Origin: Zygnema circumcarinatum SAG 698-1b
Taxonomy: Eukaryota > Plantae > Zygnematophyceae
DNA length: 64,000 bases
Assembly (NCBI GenBank): GCA_037447605.1
Contig: CM074807.1
Coordinates: 3,980,829-4,044,828, forward strand
Direction: 5' to 3'
The notes under the pieces were generated by a model. It was not told the origin of the DNA. It saw nothing but the letters and a program-made list of their open reading frames with translations, and made no database searches. The position numbers and the translations under genes were made by a program. The first letter of the stretch is position 1, and every line of letters begins with the position of its first letter. This document shows positions 1-15,707 of the stretch, piece by piece.

Positions 1-27
1 GTTTGCCCTCTGCACTGCTCATACATT

Positions 28-570
28 TCACAAAAAATCGAAAATGTGACTTTCTTTTGCTCTTTCTTTTCCCTTTTCAGCCAACTCTTCTGTCTCCAGC
101 CTCTTCAGCAAAGAGGAAAGCTCCTTCACCTTTTGCGTCGCTGCCTTCATCCTTTTTGCCAAAAGCGCTGCCCCTTCAAAGCAAGCCTCTCCCTCGCCAG
201 AAGCTTCCAAACATTTCCTTCCCTGACACCTGCTTTGTTCTGGAACTACAACCGTCACTTCATTCTTGACAGAAGCATTTGACATCGGAACTTCATTAGC
301 TGAAGGTAATTTTATTCTTCTGCAGTTCACTGACGCCTGCTTCCTCGTCTTTCTCCCTTCCGAAGGACAAATGTGACGAACTGCCAGTTTCTCCCTCCAA
401 CCCCTTGGAACTGGAGCCCCCATCACATCCAAGACGAAGAGAAATTCATTGAAGCCGCGGGGCCTCCCTTTGCATGCAACAATCCCTCGGCTTTCTCTCC
501 ACTTCTGAAGCTCCTTCACTGCATTCGGATACTGCACCTTGATATGCGCATGCATCTTGTGAGGCTGCAA
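28..570 (-). CDS. Possible coding exon of an unidentified protein (PHKMHAHIKVQYPNAVKELQKW...KGKERAKESHIFDFL*)
   Basis: Non-repetitive open frame of about 180 codons after a ttgcag acceptor near 571, with a charged, coiled-coil-like C-terminal part. No family recognised and upstream exons (possibly within 826-1450) not resolved. Confidence 0.3.
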   Translation of the reverse strand: MQPHKMHAHIKVQYPNAVKELQKWRESRGIVACKGRPRGFNEFLFVLDVMGAPVPRGWREKLAVRHICPSEGRKTRKQASVNCRRIKLPSANEVPMSNASVKNEVTVVVPEQSRCQGRKCLEASGEGEACFEGAALLAKRMKAATQKVKELSSLLKRLETEELAEKGKERAKESHIFDFL

Positions 571-2017
571 CCGCCAGAAGTGGAAATGGAATAAACACAA
601 TCATGAAGGACCCAGAAATCGTTGTATGCATGCTATGCTATGCAAACCCTAAAACAGTCAATAGCCTTCGGAGCTCGGACACTTGCAGAAACCTAAACGA
701 ACAGGTGAAACCACTCCACGGACTCGTAAGAAAAAAAAAGGGGATTGTAAGTTCGGTTTCCAATGCAGATTTTTTTGAGTATGCAAAGGAAGAAATGCAA
801 GTTATGTTTCCAAATGCAACCGTTTTCAATTTAAAATGTTGCTAGCTCTATAGAGCGCACAGCAAAGCACCGCAGCCATGGTGAGAGGCGCTTTTGGAGA
901 TATTATTTGGAGACGAACAGGCCCGAGCGCTTTCTCCATAGCCTGCAGCCATTGAATCCCTCCGGCCTTCCTGTTGGCTGCAATCGCAGCTCTCACAGGG
1001 CTGTCCTGCCACTTCACAGAGACGGCTCGCTGCATGCCTGCTGGCTAGACCTAATTTATCTTCTTTATGTTTGAGGTTGTGCTTGCAAGATTGTGAAATG
1101 GCATCTTCTCTGCCAACTCTGGAACACTGCTTTTAGCAAACCAGTTAAAAACTGCGCCCTCCCCCTTTCCCTCTCCCTCGGCAGCTGCTTCTGTTGGACG
1201 GTCCGAACCTCCCGCCGCCACCTGGCTATGGCGGCCTCTCCCCGCCCTCGGCGCAAGCATAGCGCTTGCCACGCATTGCATGCAAAGTGAGCTGCGCTGC
1301 AATCCGGGGCCCTCTCCTGCAAGCAGCTGCATCCCCGCCGCGTGGCAAACACTTCCCTCCCAAAGCGCTCGTCTTCGAGACGGTTCGCAGGCCATCACAG
1401 GGCAGGGCATGCAATCGCATTGGTAGGGACTCTTTGTCTGTTGACGGCTGGACCTTGCTCGTGTGTGTGTGAGAGAGAGCGAGGGAGAGGGACACAGGGA
1501 GAGGGAGTGGGAGAGGGAGAGGAAGAGGACTAGAGACAGGGAGAGAGGGAGGGAGAGGGAGAGGGAGAGAGGGGAAGAGGGACAGAGGGAGAGAGCGGGA
1601 GAGGGAGAGAGGGAGAGGACGAGGGACAGAGAGGGAGAGGGAGAGTGAGGAAGAGGGAGAGGGACAGGGAGAGGGAGAGAGTGCAGGAGATGGAGAGGGA
1701 GAGGGAGAGAGTGGGGGAGGTGGAGAGGGAGAGGGACAGTCAGAGGTGGAGCGGGTGAGTCAAACATTCAGGATGATGGTTTTGGTTTCATATCTGGAGA
1801 CAGGCTTGCCTATTGTCTTTGTTGCAAGCTTTGGAAAAAAGTGGACAGCATATTGATCAGGTTGATACTTATATTGTCCTTTCGATTTGTGATCGTTCAG
1901 AGTACGCTTTCTGAATGCTTCACTTACTGAATGCCAAGAAAGGTGTAAGCAGTAAACAGTAGTAAAAATTTGCATTTGTCGAGAGGAGATTCTAGACTGA
2001 ATCCTTTCATTTTTTTA

Positions 2018-2464
2018 GGAGAACTATATACCGCCCCCCTTTTTTGGTTATCCCGCCACTTGTTTTATTGAAATCCCAGTCTCCCACTTTGGCTATTCTA
2101 CCCCCCCTCCCATTTTGGCTACCCCCCCCCNNNNNNNNNNCCCCCCCCCCCCCCCCATTTTGGATATTTCGGGAGGGGATTCTGCTCATTCTCTCTCGCT
2201 CCTTCGCTCTCTCCTCTGCTCTCTCCTCTAGTCTCTCTCTCTCCTCTAGTCTCTCTCTCTCCTCTGCTCTCTCTTTCTCTCCCCTATACTCTCTCTCTCT
2301 CCTCGGCTCTCACTCTGCTCTCTCTCTCCTCTTCTCTCCTTTGCTCTTTCTCTCTCTCCTCTAGTCTCTCTCCTCTGCCCTCTCTCTCCTCTGCTCTCTC
2401 CTCTAGTCTCTCTCCTCTGCTCTCTCTCCTTTACTCATTCTCTCTCCTCTTCTCTTCAAGAGAG

Positions 2465-2501
<37 letters not shown>

Positions 2502-2734
2502 TCTCGCTCTCTCTATATCTCTCTCTCTTCCTCTTCTCTCTGCTCTGCTCTCTCTTTGCAAATGCCTTTACGGACATTGCGCTGATGTGTGAGAAGGAGA
2601 AAACAAGGGGGGAATGTCCAAAGTAGGGGGCGGGATATCCCACAATGGGAGGGGGGGAACAGCCAAAATGGGAGAGTGGGATTTCAAAAAAACAGGGGCT
2701 GGATAACCAAAGGGGGGGGGGTATATAGTTCTCC
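2018..2734. mobile_element. Non-autonomous Mutator-like element (MULE/MITE)
   Basis: Imperfect TIRs of about 100 bp (GGAGAACTATATACC... at 2018, ...GGTATATAGTTCTCC at 2734). Identical 9-bp flanks ATTTTTTTA at 2009-2017 and 2735-2743. Interior is mostly CT/AG simple repeat. Confidence 0.85.
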
Positions 2735-3046
2735 ATTTTTTTATTCATATTTTTTCACTTCTTTTTTTTTTAAAACAGGAATGCTCTTGCTTCGAGCGGA
2801 AGGCACCCCGGTCAGCAATATCGATGTCACCGAGATATATCGATACTGTATAATTGAATGGCTATCGTCATGTATCATGTATTGATACGTCTGCTGATGC
2901 ATGGGGTCATTGTTACTGCCGTACGTACGAAAACGCCAATCGAAGCTTGTCACGTGTCCAAACGACACGCGGTGATTTGTCCAAGTTTTTTGCTTCCTCG
3001 AAAAACACCGGTTCACCTACCTAGAGAAGTTTCCTATTTGGTGGTA

Positions 3047-3487
3047 CAGTGGGGGGTCCTCGTATTTACCACCCCAAGGAGTGCGTCCTCAATATTTTCG
3101 CCCCAATTTTGCTGAAACCACTTTTTTGTACGTTAACTTGTGTTAGCCTCGTACTGTTCGTACTGTCCGTACTATCTGTACTAGCCGTTAGCCCGAAAAG
3201 GCGCTCGCTCTTCTCCCCGTCTTTTTGACTTCGATACGATAAGATACGATACGATACGGTCAATACGATACGAAATTCCCCGATGGTTGGATGACGACAG
3301 TATGTATGACAGTATAAGCGTCATGATATGTCACGATACGATACGATGTTAACTGATACAGTACGATACAATACGATATGGTACGGTACGATACGTACGG
3401 TTCAACATGAACTCTAACATAATATTGCCCGTTTATTCGTAACACGAACCTTATATATGCAAATTTAATATTTTCGCCTCATTTTGC
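3047..3487 (+). mobile_element. Tc1/mariner-type MITE, copy 1 (right end lost in gap)
   Basis: TA|CAGT start at 3047. Colinear similarity to the complete copy at 35878-36366, including the (CGATA)n interior and the gaaccttat...aatattttcgcctca block. Confidence 0.7.
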
Positions 3488-3497
3488 NNNNNNNNNN

Positions 3498-3756
3498 AGG
3501 GGCATGTGGTCAGTCCGGATGATAACGGGCTGGTAGGCTGTGAAGAGCTTGAACTTCTCGAGTGCCCAGAGGATAGCCGCGGCCTCTCCCTCAGTAGGGC
3601 TATACTTGGTCTCGGTTTCTGAACAGACCCTGCTTGCATAACTGACCGGGTGTTCCCCATCTGAGAAAGCTTGGCTGGCCACTGCCCCAAAGCCTGTCTG
3701 ACTCCAGTCAGCGTCAATAATGGTGGGAAGGTTGGGGTCGAATTGATGCGGGCAAG
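3498..3756 (-). mobile_element. Ty3/gypsy RNase H fragment (family B), between two gaps
   Basis: Translates HQFDPNLPTIIDADWSQTGFGAVASQ...VSYASRVCSETETKYSPTEGEAAAILWALEKF...IIRTDH, a typical gypsy RNase H. Resembles LHQFDPTLPTII at about 48900. Confidence 0.9.
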
Positions 3757-3766
3757 NNNNNNNNNN

Positions 3767-4116
3767 ACTAAAAGACAAAACAGCATCACTGACATCCCAT
3801 CTACTTAACACTGACAATAGATCTTGAGTCCTAGCAGTGACAGTCCCTGATTGGCCCACTGCCCACTGAGAGGCCTGACTGACTACGTGGAGCCTTCGGA
3901 TAGGTCAACCGATGATAATCGGCGGCATCTTGCGGCGCTTCCGAGCGTGCCTTGCTGGATGGTGTGCCGTTCCGTGGGCCGCCAACGCATGGCGCCGCCG
4001 TCTCTCAATCTCCGTTGGCAGCTCCTGAATTCCGTTGATCCGTGACACGGAAGATGCATACGTCAAGTACAATCGAACAGACGCAAATCCGTCGAACGCC
4101 GCCCCGTTACGCTACA
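3767..4116 (-). mobile_element. 5' part of an LTR of gypsy family B
   Basis: Near-identical reverse complement of 36456-36806. Similarity stops exactly at the TGTAGCG terminus (4116). Same orientation as the adjacent RNase H fragment. Confidence 0.8.
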
Positions 4117-6683
4117 CGGCACCGTATGAATACCGTACAGCTACGTGTACGAACTTCACGTGGATGTACCACGGCCACGGTTCCCCCGGAGAACATTTGC
4201 CGTTGGACTGGGCTCAAAAAATGTCGCAATAATTTAATTTCCGCAACGGCCGGCACGCGGCCCGGCGCCTTCGTACAGTGCCAGGGTCTATACGGACCGT
4301 ACAAGAGCAGGGGGTGTACGGACTGTATGGACACGACACGCGTCAGCCGCAAACGGCCCAAAAGGAGACTACTGTCGTTCGATGACGTAAGCAAGGGCTG
4401 GGACCCCTCGACACGTTGATTTTTTATACCACGTGTCGCTTCCTGCTTTGATATGTCAGTGGGTGTGACGTCATCCGATCGAGGAAAGTGGCTGTCCGCG
4501 TTTGGCGGGCGCAGGGTTTGAATACGAAACGGCTCTCGTAGAAGACCCCATTTGTACCCGATCTTGGGGAGGACAGAAAATTCGCTGCAAATAATTAGGG
4601 CACCGCCGGCGGTCGCGGGCCGCCGATCTGGTCCTCGGCAGCTGCTGGAAGCACCCGTACGAACTCGTACGGTGTTCGTACGGTACGTCGTAGGAAGGAC
4701 TGACCACCATCGCGTAGGTCGTCAGAAGAGACAAAGACTGCAGACACGTGGCGGCGCGTGGAAGGACTCGAGCCGTCGGCCCGTCAGAGCCCCCTCGTCA
4801 GAAACGCCAACAAATGTCGGTGCCGAGGTTGATATGTCGGTGCTAGAGTCAAAAGTGTCGGTGCAAATGTCGGTGGACCCGGTGGAGCGTTTCGGAGCAT
4901 CGCACGCGGATGTAAAGCGCGTGCCAAATGTCGGTGCACTATCGCACTCCGGGCGGCGGACCTGCGGATAAGAGGCTGACACGTGTGGCGCGGAGGCGCG
5001 GACAGATTTTTGTCGGAATCGCTGTCAGCGCACTCGCCGGGATGAATAATTCCCAACGGCGCCAATATCGGGGATTTTAACCCAATGGGAAACTGCCACG
5101 TCAGCTAAAATGGAGATTCCTTGAGTCAACGGCGGGGACCCTGAACCCGCAGGGAATCCGCCAGCGGACGGGGGGGGATATACCGCCACGCGGCGGGGAT
5201 ACGACGCACGTCCGTACAGCAGCGGGGCCGTAAAGCTAGCGGCGCCGAACCCGAACTGCCGGTCGACCGGCAGTACTTTGCCGGCCGGTACCTCTGTCAG
5301 CAGTCTGGTACCCCTGCTGGCCGGTAGTTCTGCCGGTCGTCAACGAAATTCCCGGCTGACTTTCCCTGCCAACCGCCGGCCCACGTCACCTAGATCCCTT
5401 TTACCTGCCTGCCCGGACAGACTGCCGTCATCGGGCAGCCAAACGTCGCCGTTTCACCCAATAGAAGCGCCCCACGTGGCAAAATCTTATTTTTCCCACT
5501 GCCCGCGTATTCCGCCTTCGACGTCCCTTCCCATCCACGTCATCCCCGCACGTGTGCGTCCGGTCAAGCAAAAAGAGTCCGGCCCCGTCACGTCACGCCC
5601 CCTGCCACGCCCCGCCACAGGCTGCGCGGATCCCTCCGCCCAATCAGGGCCGCCCCGTGACGCGGCGCCCGACACGTCACGTCACGTCCCGTATCTTCCT
5701 GTCCCATTCGGCCCGCCCTCGCGCCCTCCCTTGCCGTCCGATCTGACCGGCTCTCGGCAGCGGCCCCCTCCTCGCCGTCCGATCCAAACGGCCCCCCTCC
5801 GCCGCGCGCTCCCATTGGCCCACTTCCTCCCCTTTCCTCTTCCTTCCCCGCCACCGGCCCGTCAGTCCCTTTCGCAGGGTCCCATCCAGGCCCACTCTGA
5901 CCCACCCCACCCAATCAACACCTGCCACGTACACAACTCCACCACGTGGCCCTCCATCATTGGCTCACCCTCCAGTCCAAAAGACCTCCCCCCGCCGTTT
6001 CTCGCCCCTGCCAACCTCCGCCCTCTGCCACCCCCCACGTGTCGCCCCCTTCCCACGCCGACATTCGCACGTGCGGTCCCGCGTGGTTACGGACCCGCGG
6101 GCGGGCGGGCGGGCGCCAGGTGTTGCGTCAGCGCGGCGCAACCGCCCGCCCTCCCGGGCTGCAGTTGGCGCGTACCGGCCTTGCCCAACCGCTGGCCCGC
6201 GCCCTCCGCCAATGCGCGGGCCGCATTTGCTGCGTGGCGGCGCCCGCCCGGGCGGCTGGCCGGCCGGCTGGCCGGCAGGCGGGGAAGGTCGGCTGGCGGG
6301 CCGGCCGGCGGCCTGACAGGCGGGCGGCGATCGGGGCAAGGAAGTCGGGGGGGGGTTTGGCGGACCGCCGTCGCCGCGTGCCGACGACGACAACGACTGC
6401 GACCACCGGCCGGCGGGGAGGGAAGGACAGAGGGAGGCCGAGTGAGTACAGGGAGGGAAAGAGAGGAAAGGGGTCGTTTAACTTCTCTTCGCTTCTCGCT
6501 CATCTCGCTAGACCGCAGCCTGTCTCGCTGTCCTGTCTATATTGCTCTCTCTCTCTTTCTTTATCTCTCTCTCTCTCGCTCTCATTCTAAGGACGGTCTC
6601 CTCCCGGTCACTGTCTCTGCCTCTTCTCTTCCTTTCTTTCTTTCTTCCGTTTGCTCTCTCTCTCTCTCCCTCACTCGAGCGGT

Positions 6684-7960
6684 ATGGGCTCAGCGTGGCC
6701 TCCCGAGCATCCGCCCTGCCCCCCCCCGCCCCGCCACAGCGTGGAGGCGTTTGCAGCGCCAGGCTGCGCCATGGCGGGGTCGCAAGACACCTTCCCTGCC
6801 ACGTGTTTCCGCCCCATCGCGCCACGTGTCCACCCCCTCCCCATCCTCGCCGACGCGGAGGGGCCCTCCCCGGCCTCCTCCGCCGACAACTGCTCCTCCT
6901 CCGTCACCGCCGCGCCCTGCCTGCTGCCCGCTGAGAACTTCTCCTTGCAGAAGAAGCCCAGGAAGCGCTTGGCTTCCGCCATGGCTTCAGGCGTGAGCGC
7001 GAGGAAGCGTGGAGGTTGGGGATTGGCGGGGATAGGAGGAGGAGGAGGAGGAGGGCCTCTCCCGCACCTTAGCCCTCTGCGAACGCCAGCCATGGCCGCC
7101 ATGGCCGAGAAAGATAAGCTGGCGGCCGAGTACTTCCATCAGCGAGACCCCATGGAGATTCTGAAGGAGCTCCGTGCTCTGGAGGGCACTCCTTTGGGGA
7201 AGCTCCTTCAGGCAACGCCCGATGTGAAGGTTGGAGACACAATCATTCCATGGAGCAGCTTGGGAGTATCGCTGCTCTCAAGCTTCAAGCCAGGGGAGCT
7301 GAGTGGGGACGGCAGCCATGGCTATGGCGGCATGCTCACAAGCAGCTCCGTCTCCCAGAACGGAGGACATTCAGATAGATACCCCCCTCCTGCGGGTGCT
7401 TTTCCATATGCAGCTCCCCCTGTTCCATGCGCCGTTCCATGCCCCGTTCCATGCCCCGTTCCATGCCCCGTTCCATGCCCCGTTCCGTCCCCAGTTCTGT
7501 CCCCAGTTCCGTCCCCAGTTCCATCCGCCCCTGACGCCGTTCCATGCCGGCAGGAGGGCGCCAGCAGCTGCAGCAGCAGCAGCGAGAGGACGGGGGGCAA
7601 GGGTTCAGAGGCCCTCAAGGGTTTAAGGAGGATCAAGGAGGAGGATGGCGGGGAGGAGGAGGACCTGCTGGCGCTCTCGCTGGGCCGCACCGCGTGGCAG
7701 AATTTGGGGAATTTGGCACAAGGAAAGGGGGGCGGGGAGGGGTTCCATGCGGGGGGCTCAGTTGCGAAGGGGAAGGCTGCGAGCACAAACCTCAGTTTGG
7801 GATTAGGGACGGTAACGGAAATGTCTGGATTTTCAAGCATGGAACGGCAGTTGAACGACGGCGAGGATGCGGTGAAACTGCGAATGGGACATGTGTCGCC
7901 GTTTGTTACTGGGACGGAAACTGAATCTTCTTGCATGGAACGGAGCAGCATGGAGACGGC

Positions 7961-7995
<35 letters not shown>

Positions 7996-8106
7996 TGCAG
8001 CCTGAGCGCCTGTACAGAGGGCGCGTGGTTAGGGTTAGGAATTTGGAGGATCATCCCCCGCGGCAGGCGCACTGGAGGAGTTCTTTAGTCTTCAGAAATG
8101 CAACCG
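6684..8106 (+). CDS. Large first exon (or near-complete CDS) of an unidentified low-complexity protein with PVPC repeats, LxLxL motifs and poly-Q
   Basis: Open frame of about 475 codons after a CT-rich leader. It ends at ACCG|GTGAGT (strong donor at 8107) or at the in-frame stop 8114. ATGs at 6684 and 6771. Downstream exons not resolved. Confidence 0.6.
7419..7526 (+). repeat. In-frame 12-bp tandem repeat (9 units) encoding (P/A)V(P/L)(C/S)
   Basis: Units cccgttccatgc / ccagttccgtcc read directly from the sequence. Confidence 0.95.
7962..7994 (+). repeat. (CAG)11 coding poly-glutamine
   Basis: Direct reading. Confidence 0.95.
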
Positions 8107-10279
8107 GTGAGTGAATATGAATGTGCCAGAAAAACCCTCGCCAAGATTGTATTTAAAGGCTAGAAATGACAGCTTATTCGCATCTCCTTTGCATCAACTT
8201 CATCGTCTTGCATCTTCTTTGGCAGTCCTTAAAACAAAGGTGTTCCGCTTGTAGGTGCTTTCTTGAAAGGAAGTGGAGGCTGAAAGAGAAGGGCTGTAGA
8301 AGGCGTTTCAGGGCGGGAAGTTGTATTGATGGCGGTGATTAGGTAGAGAGCAGGAGGTGGTTTCTGCAAACAGTGTACAGCTGCATGCAGTTCAGAGGAA
8401 GCAAGCAGGAAGTAGAGCTAAGCAACGAGGTAGAGAAAGAATGATCTTGTTTAAAGTTCGCTTCTCATGGAAAGTTTTTTGTTGGTGGTGGTATGCAGGA
8501 ATGGATTTTATGAGCTGTCGAAAGCAGTCTGAGAGTTGGCTGAACTTGCAGTATTGATAGTTGAGAAGTGGAAGGGAAGGAGACAAAACAGCAAACAGGT
8601 ACGGATTCTTGGCAGTTTTGGTTCTCTCCGGAAGTGCAGTAGTGATCGTACCTACCTGTTGGCGGTGATCATGTTGAGAAAGGGCTTCAAAAACAAGTGC
8701 CTAAAGATTTGGATAGCGGAAACTATTCCTCACCGGAAAAAGAGAATTTAAGTCAGTTATTTGAAGTCAGATATGCAAGGTTTCTCTCTATTTTACGAGA
8801 AGATTCTGCTGCTGAATATTTCACCAGAGTTTGGAACTTTTGGAGGCTTATTTCGGATGGCTTATGTGGTTGCAGATTCGATGACCCGCGCCTTCTGAGG
8901 CAAACCTTCATTAGCTTCTTCAGATTTCGGAAGTGTTCAGAAGTTTGAACCGTCAGGCAGCAGCACGTGGATGAGTCGAGACTTCGTTCGTTGGCCCTTC
9001 ATGGCTTGTTCAGTGAATTGAACCTTGAACCAATCAATCAAAGGTGGTTCACCTTTAATCTGCCATCTCACAGAGGCGGCTCTTTGTAACGTAAATGAAA
9101 CGCCGCTTGTTCCAGAGAGCTGGCTGAGGTGCATGCATGCGAATACACTTTTTCCTAGAATTTTAGGGGAAGGTGACCTTTGGGTGTCGTCGAGACCAGG
9201 CAGACGCAGTTGCCAGACACTGTTGGCAAACCAATTTTTGAAAGTTCAATGTGGCACTTGTATATTCAGACCCACCTTCAACTTCATGTCAGAGGACGTG
9301 TTTAGCAGGAGAAGTAGTAGGAAACTTTCTTTCCTTGTAACTTCAAACCTTCCTTCCGTTCTACTTTTTTCTGTTCCCTACAAGAAACTGAATACTTATT
9401 TGAATGCGAAATCTGCGTATATGTGTTGAATGCTGGCGCTTGGATTTTGCTTCCGAGCGAAGCGCTGTTAAACATTCAAGTCTTTCAACCGCTTGCTTGC
9501 TGGTATTGTCAACCGCATGTGAATCGAATGATGATGGGCATAAAGATGTACTATAACATCGCAGGTCCTGCATGCAGCCGCATGCAATAGTCAAGAGTTC
9601 AACTCGACTGAAAGTTCCCTGCCAGATGATGCGATTTGTAAACAGTTGTCAGGTTGTCGAAAAACAGTGATTATGTATTCACAATCTATCTGCGTGTGCA
9701 GCGTGGAAGCCTTCGTGAGATCATTCCCAACAGAATTCAGTCCACTACAACCAGACACCGAGCATCCTCCTCCAAGCTTCTTCCTCGTGGTTTCCCATGT
9801 TGATATTGTCCATGTACACTTGATGATGGCATCATCGCCATCGTGAGATCAACGCCACTTCCATTTCTCTTCTGTTCCTCAAGCAGATACGCAGCAAACA
9901 AGCCATACTACAAGGCCGTGTGCCTACCTCCCTCTCTCCCTCTCTTTCTCAGGTCTCTCTCTCTTGTCCGTTCTCTATCGGACGAAAATCTTGGAATTTG
10001 CAAATATAAGGAAGTCCGTGTTCACAATAGGCGGGCGGGTATTATGTTAGAGTCCGGCCTGCGGCCGTACTGTTTCTCTCTGTACGGAGGCGTATGGCCG
10101 CCCGGCGGGCCCTGTCGCTAGCTCCTATTGGTGTACATTTAGCTACACGAGCTCCTATTGGTGCCGTACATATATCATACGACTTAGAGATGTTACCCGT
10201 ACATACCGTACAGCTCAATAGCGTGACCCGTTTCGATTAACAGATTTTGTATTGAAAAATAGGTCAGATTAGGTTAACA

Positions 10280-10383
10280 ACCCTAACACAGACTTACCGT
10301 ACTAAAAGTGGTTTCCTCAAAATCAAGGCGAATTTCTTGGGAAACGCAAATACTAGGGTGGAAAATAGTTGGGGGGCTTACTG
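10280..10383 (-). mobile_element. Tc1/mariner-type MITE, partial copy 3
   Basis: Reverse complement of 35878-35980 (taacacagacttaccgtac...gggtggaaaata...ACTG|TA), ending in a TA dinucleotide. Confidence 0.65.
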
Positions 10384-10621
10384 TAACAAGCGGCCAGGAC
10401 CTGCCGTACTGTACGGAAACGAAAGCCCGAAGATGATAGAAAAGTACGGCTAACTCAAGACTTACGGTTTGTTCATTTTGACGGAACGGAACAGGGCGGC
10501 ACCCGTTTTACGTGACGACAAACGGAGCGCGACATAACGGAGCGTTCCAGGTGACGGCGAAGGCTTTCACGGAATGGCGTGACATGTGACGGCCTGACAG
10601 GTCTAGCATAAATAGGATCGC

Positions 10622-10775
10622 CAACCATTGCCAATGGTTGTTTCGGTGCAAAGGCAATGGTTGGCACCATTGGCAATGGTTGGCACCATTGGCAATGGTT
10701 GGCTGGCTCACGCTAATGAATGGTTCGCAGCCATTCCAATGGTTGATCCAATGGTTGATCCAGTGGTTGATCCAA
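10622..10775. repeat. Palindrome-based tandem array (CAATGGTTGGCACCATTGG then CAATGGTTGATC units)
   Basis: Hairpin caaccattg-c-caatggttg at 10622-10640, followed by 19-bp and 12-bp tandem units sharing CAATGGTT. Confidence 0.85.
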
Positions 10776-11270
10776 CGGTCCGACCTGTGCAAAATTCTAA
10801 TGGTTTACTGCACAGCTCGAGGCACACGCCTCGCACCAAATTTGAAGTTTCGAAGCAGCTTTTATGCTTGTCTTCATTGAGAAACGGAAAAACGCTTTCA
10901 ATAGAGGGGACGAGGGGGGGGGGGAGGGAGGAGGGGAAGGGAGAGAGAGGGAGCGTGGGAGAGGGGAAGGGAGAGAAAGGGTGGGAGAAGGGAAGGGAGC
11001 GAGAGGGTGGGAGAGGGGGAGGAAAAGGGAGGGAGAATTGGCAAGGGGAAGGGAGAGTGATTGAGGGTGGGATAGGGGAAGGGAGAGGGAGGGTGGGAGA
11101 GCGGAAGGGAGAGAGAAGGAGGGTGGGAGAGGTGAAGGGAGACGGAGGGAGGGCGAAGAGAGGGGAAGGGAGAGGAGGATGGCCATCCACACAAAGCACA
11201 TGCACAAAAGGAGAATAATTGAAACGCTCCAAAAATTATGTACAGCGGTTTCTTCTCCTTCTTCAAGAAC

Positions 11271-15345
<4,075 letters not shown>

Positions 15346-15374
15346 GGTTACAGTCTGCTCGCAGCCATGCTCCC

Positions 15375-15469
15375 AAACCCTAAATGATCGGAAACCCTTA
15401 ATAAGTGATCCCCACCCTGCAGACTAACCCTAAATGGCCCCTTTTTGAGCCCCCCACACAAACCCTAAA
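15375..15469. promoter_or_regulatory. Cluster of telo-box-like AAACCCTA motifs just upstream of the PLAC8 ATG
   Basis: aaaccctaaa at 15375 and 15460, aaaccctta at 15392, aaccctaaa near 15427. The telo-box is a known plant proximal element; function here is inferred. Confidence 0.4.
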
Positions 15470-15707
15470 GAAGCTCAAGTACACAGCCGGCACCTCCTCC
15501 ACTTTACAATGCCAGCTCTCCTGCAAATACAACTCCTCTCTCCCATTCTCCGCCGCTTCCAGCTGACATGCTTGCAATGTGACCTCTACTTAATCTTCGT
15601 CGTGTGTATCCAAATGTGTTATCCTACATGCATACAATTGAGGAATTATAAATAGTATGATGCAGATGAAATCTTCTCATCATTAGATGACCTTTTTAAT
15701 ATATTAA

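Noticed and set aside
1065-1352. Sfi1-like LLxxxFxxW motif (LLKAVFQSWQRR) on the minus strand
   Set aside because: A single motif match with no repeat series or resolved splice structure, and an alternative frame is equally open.
5278-6996. 572-aa Pro/Arg-rich ORF and the overlapping ORFs in all six frames
   Set aside because: Very GC-rich DNA lacks stops in every frame, no domain is recognisable, and the frame crosses a CT microsatellite.
10097-10120. Helitron-like 3' end (GC hairpin then CTAG)
   Set aside because: The hairpin is imperfect, CTAG is followed by C rather than T, and no matching 5' TC end was found.
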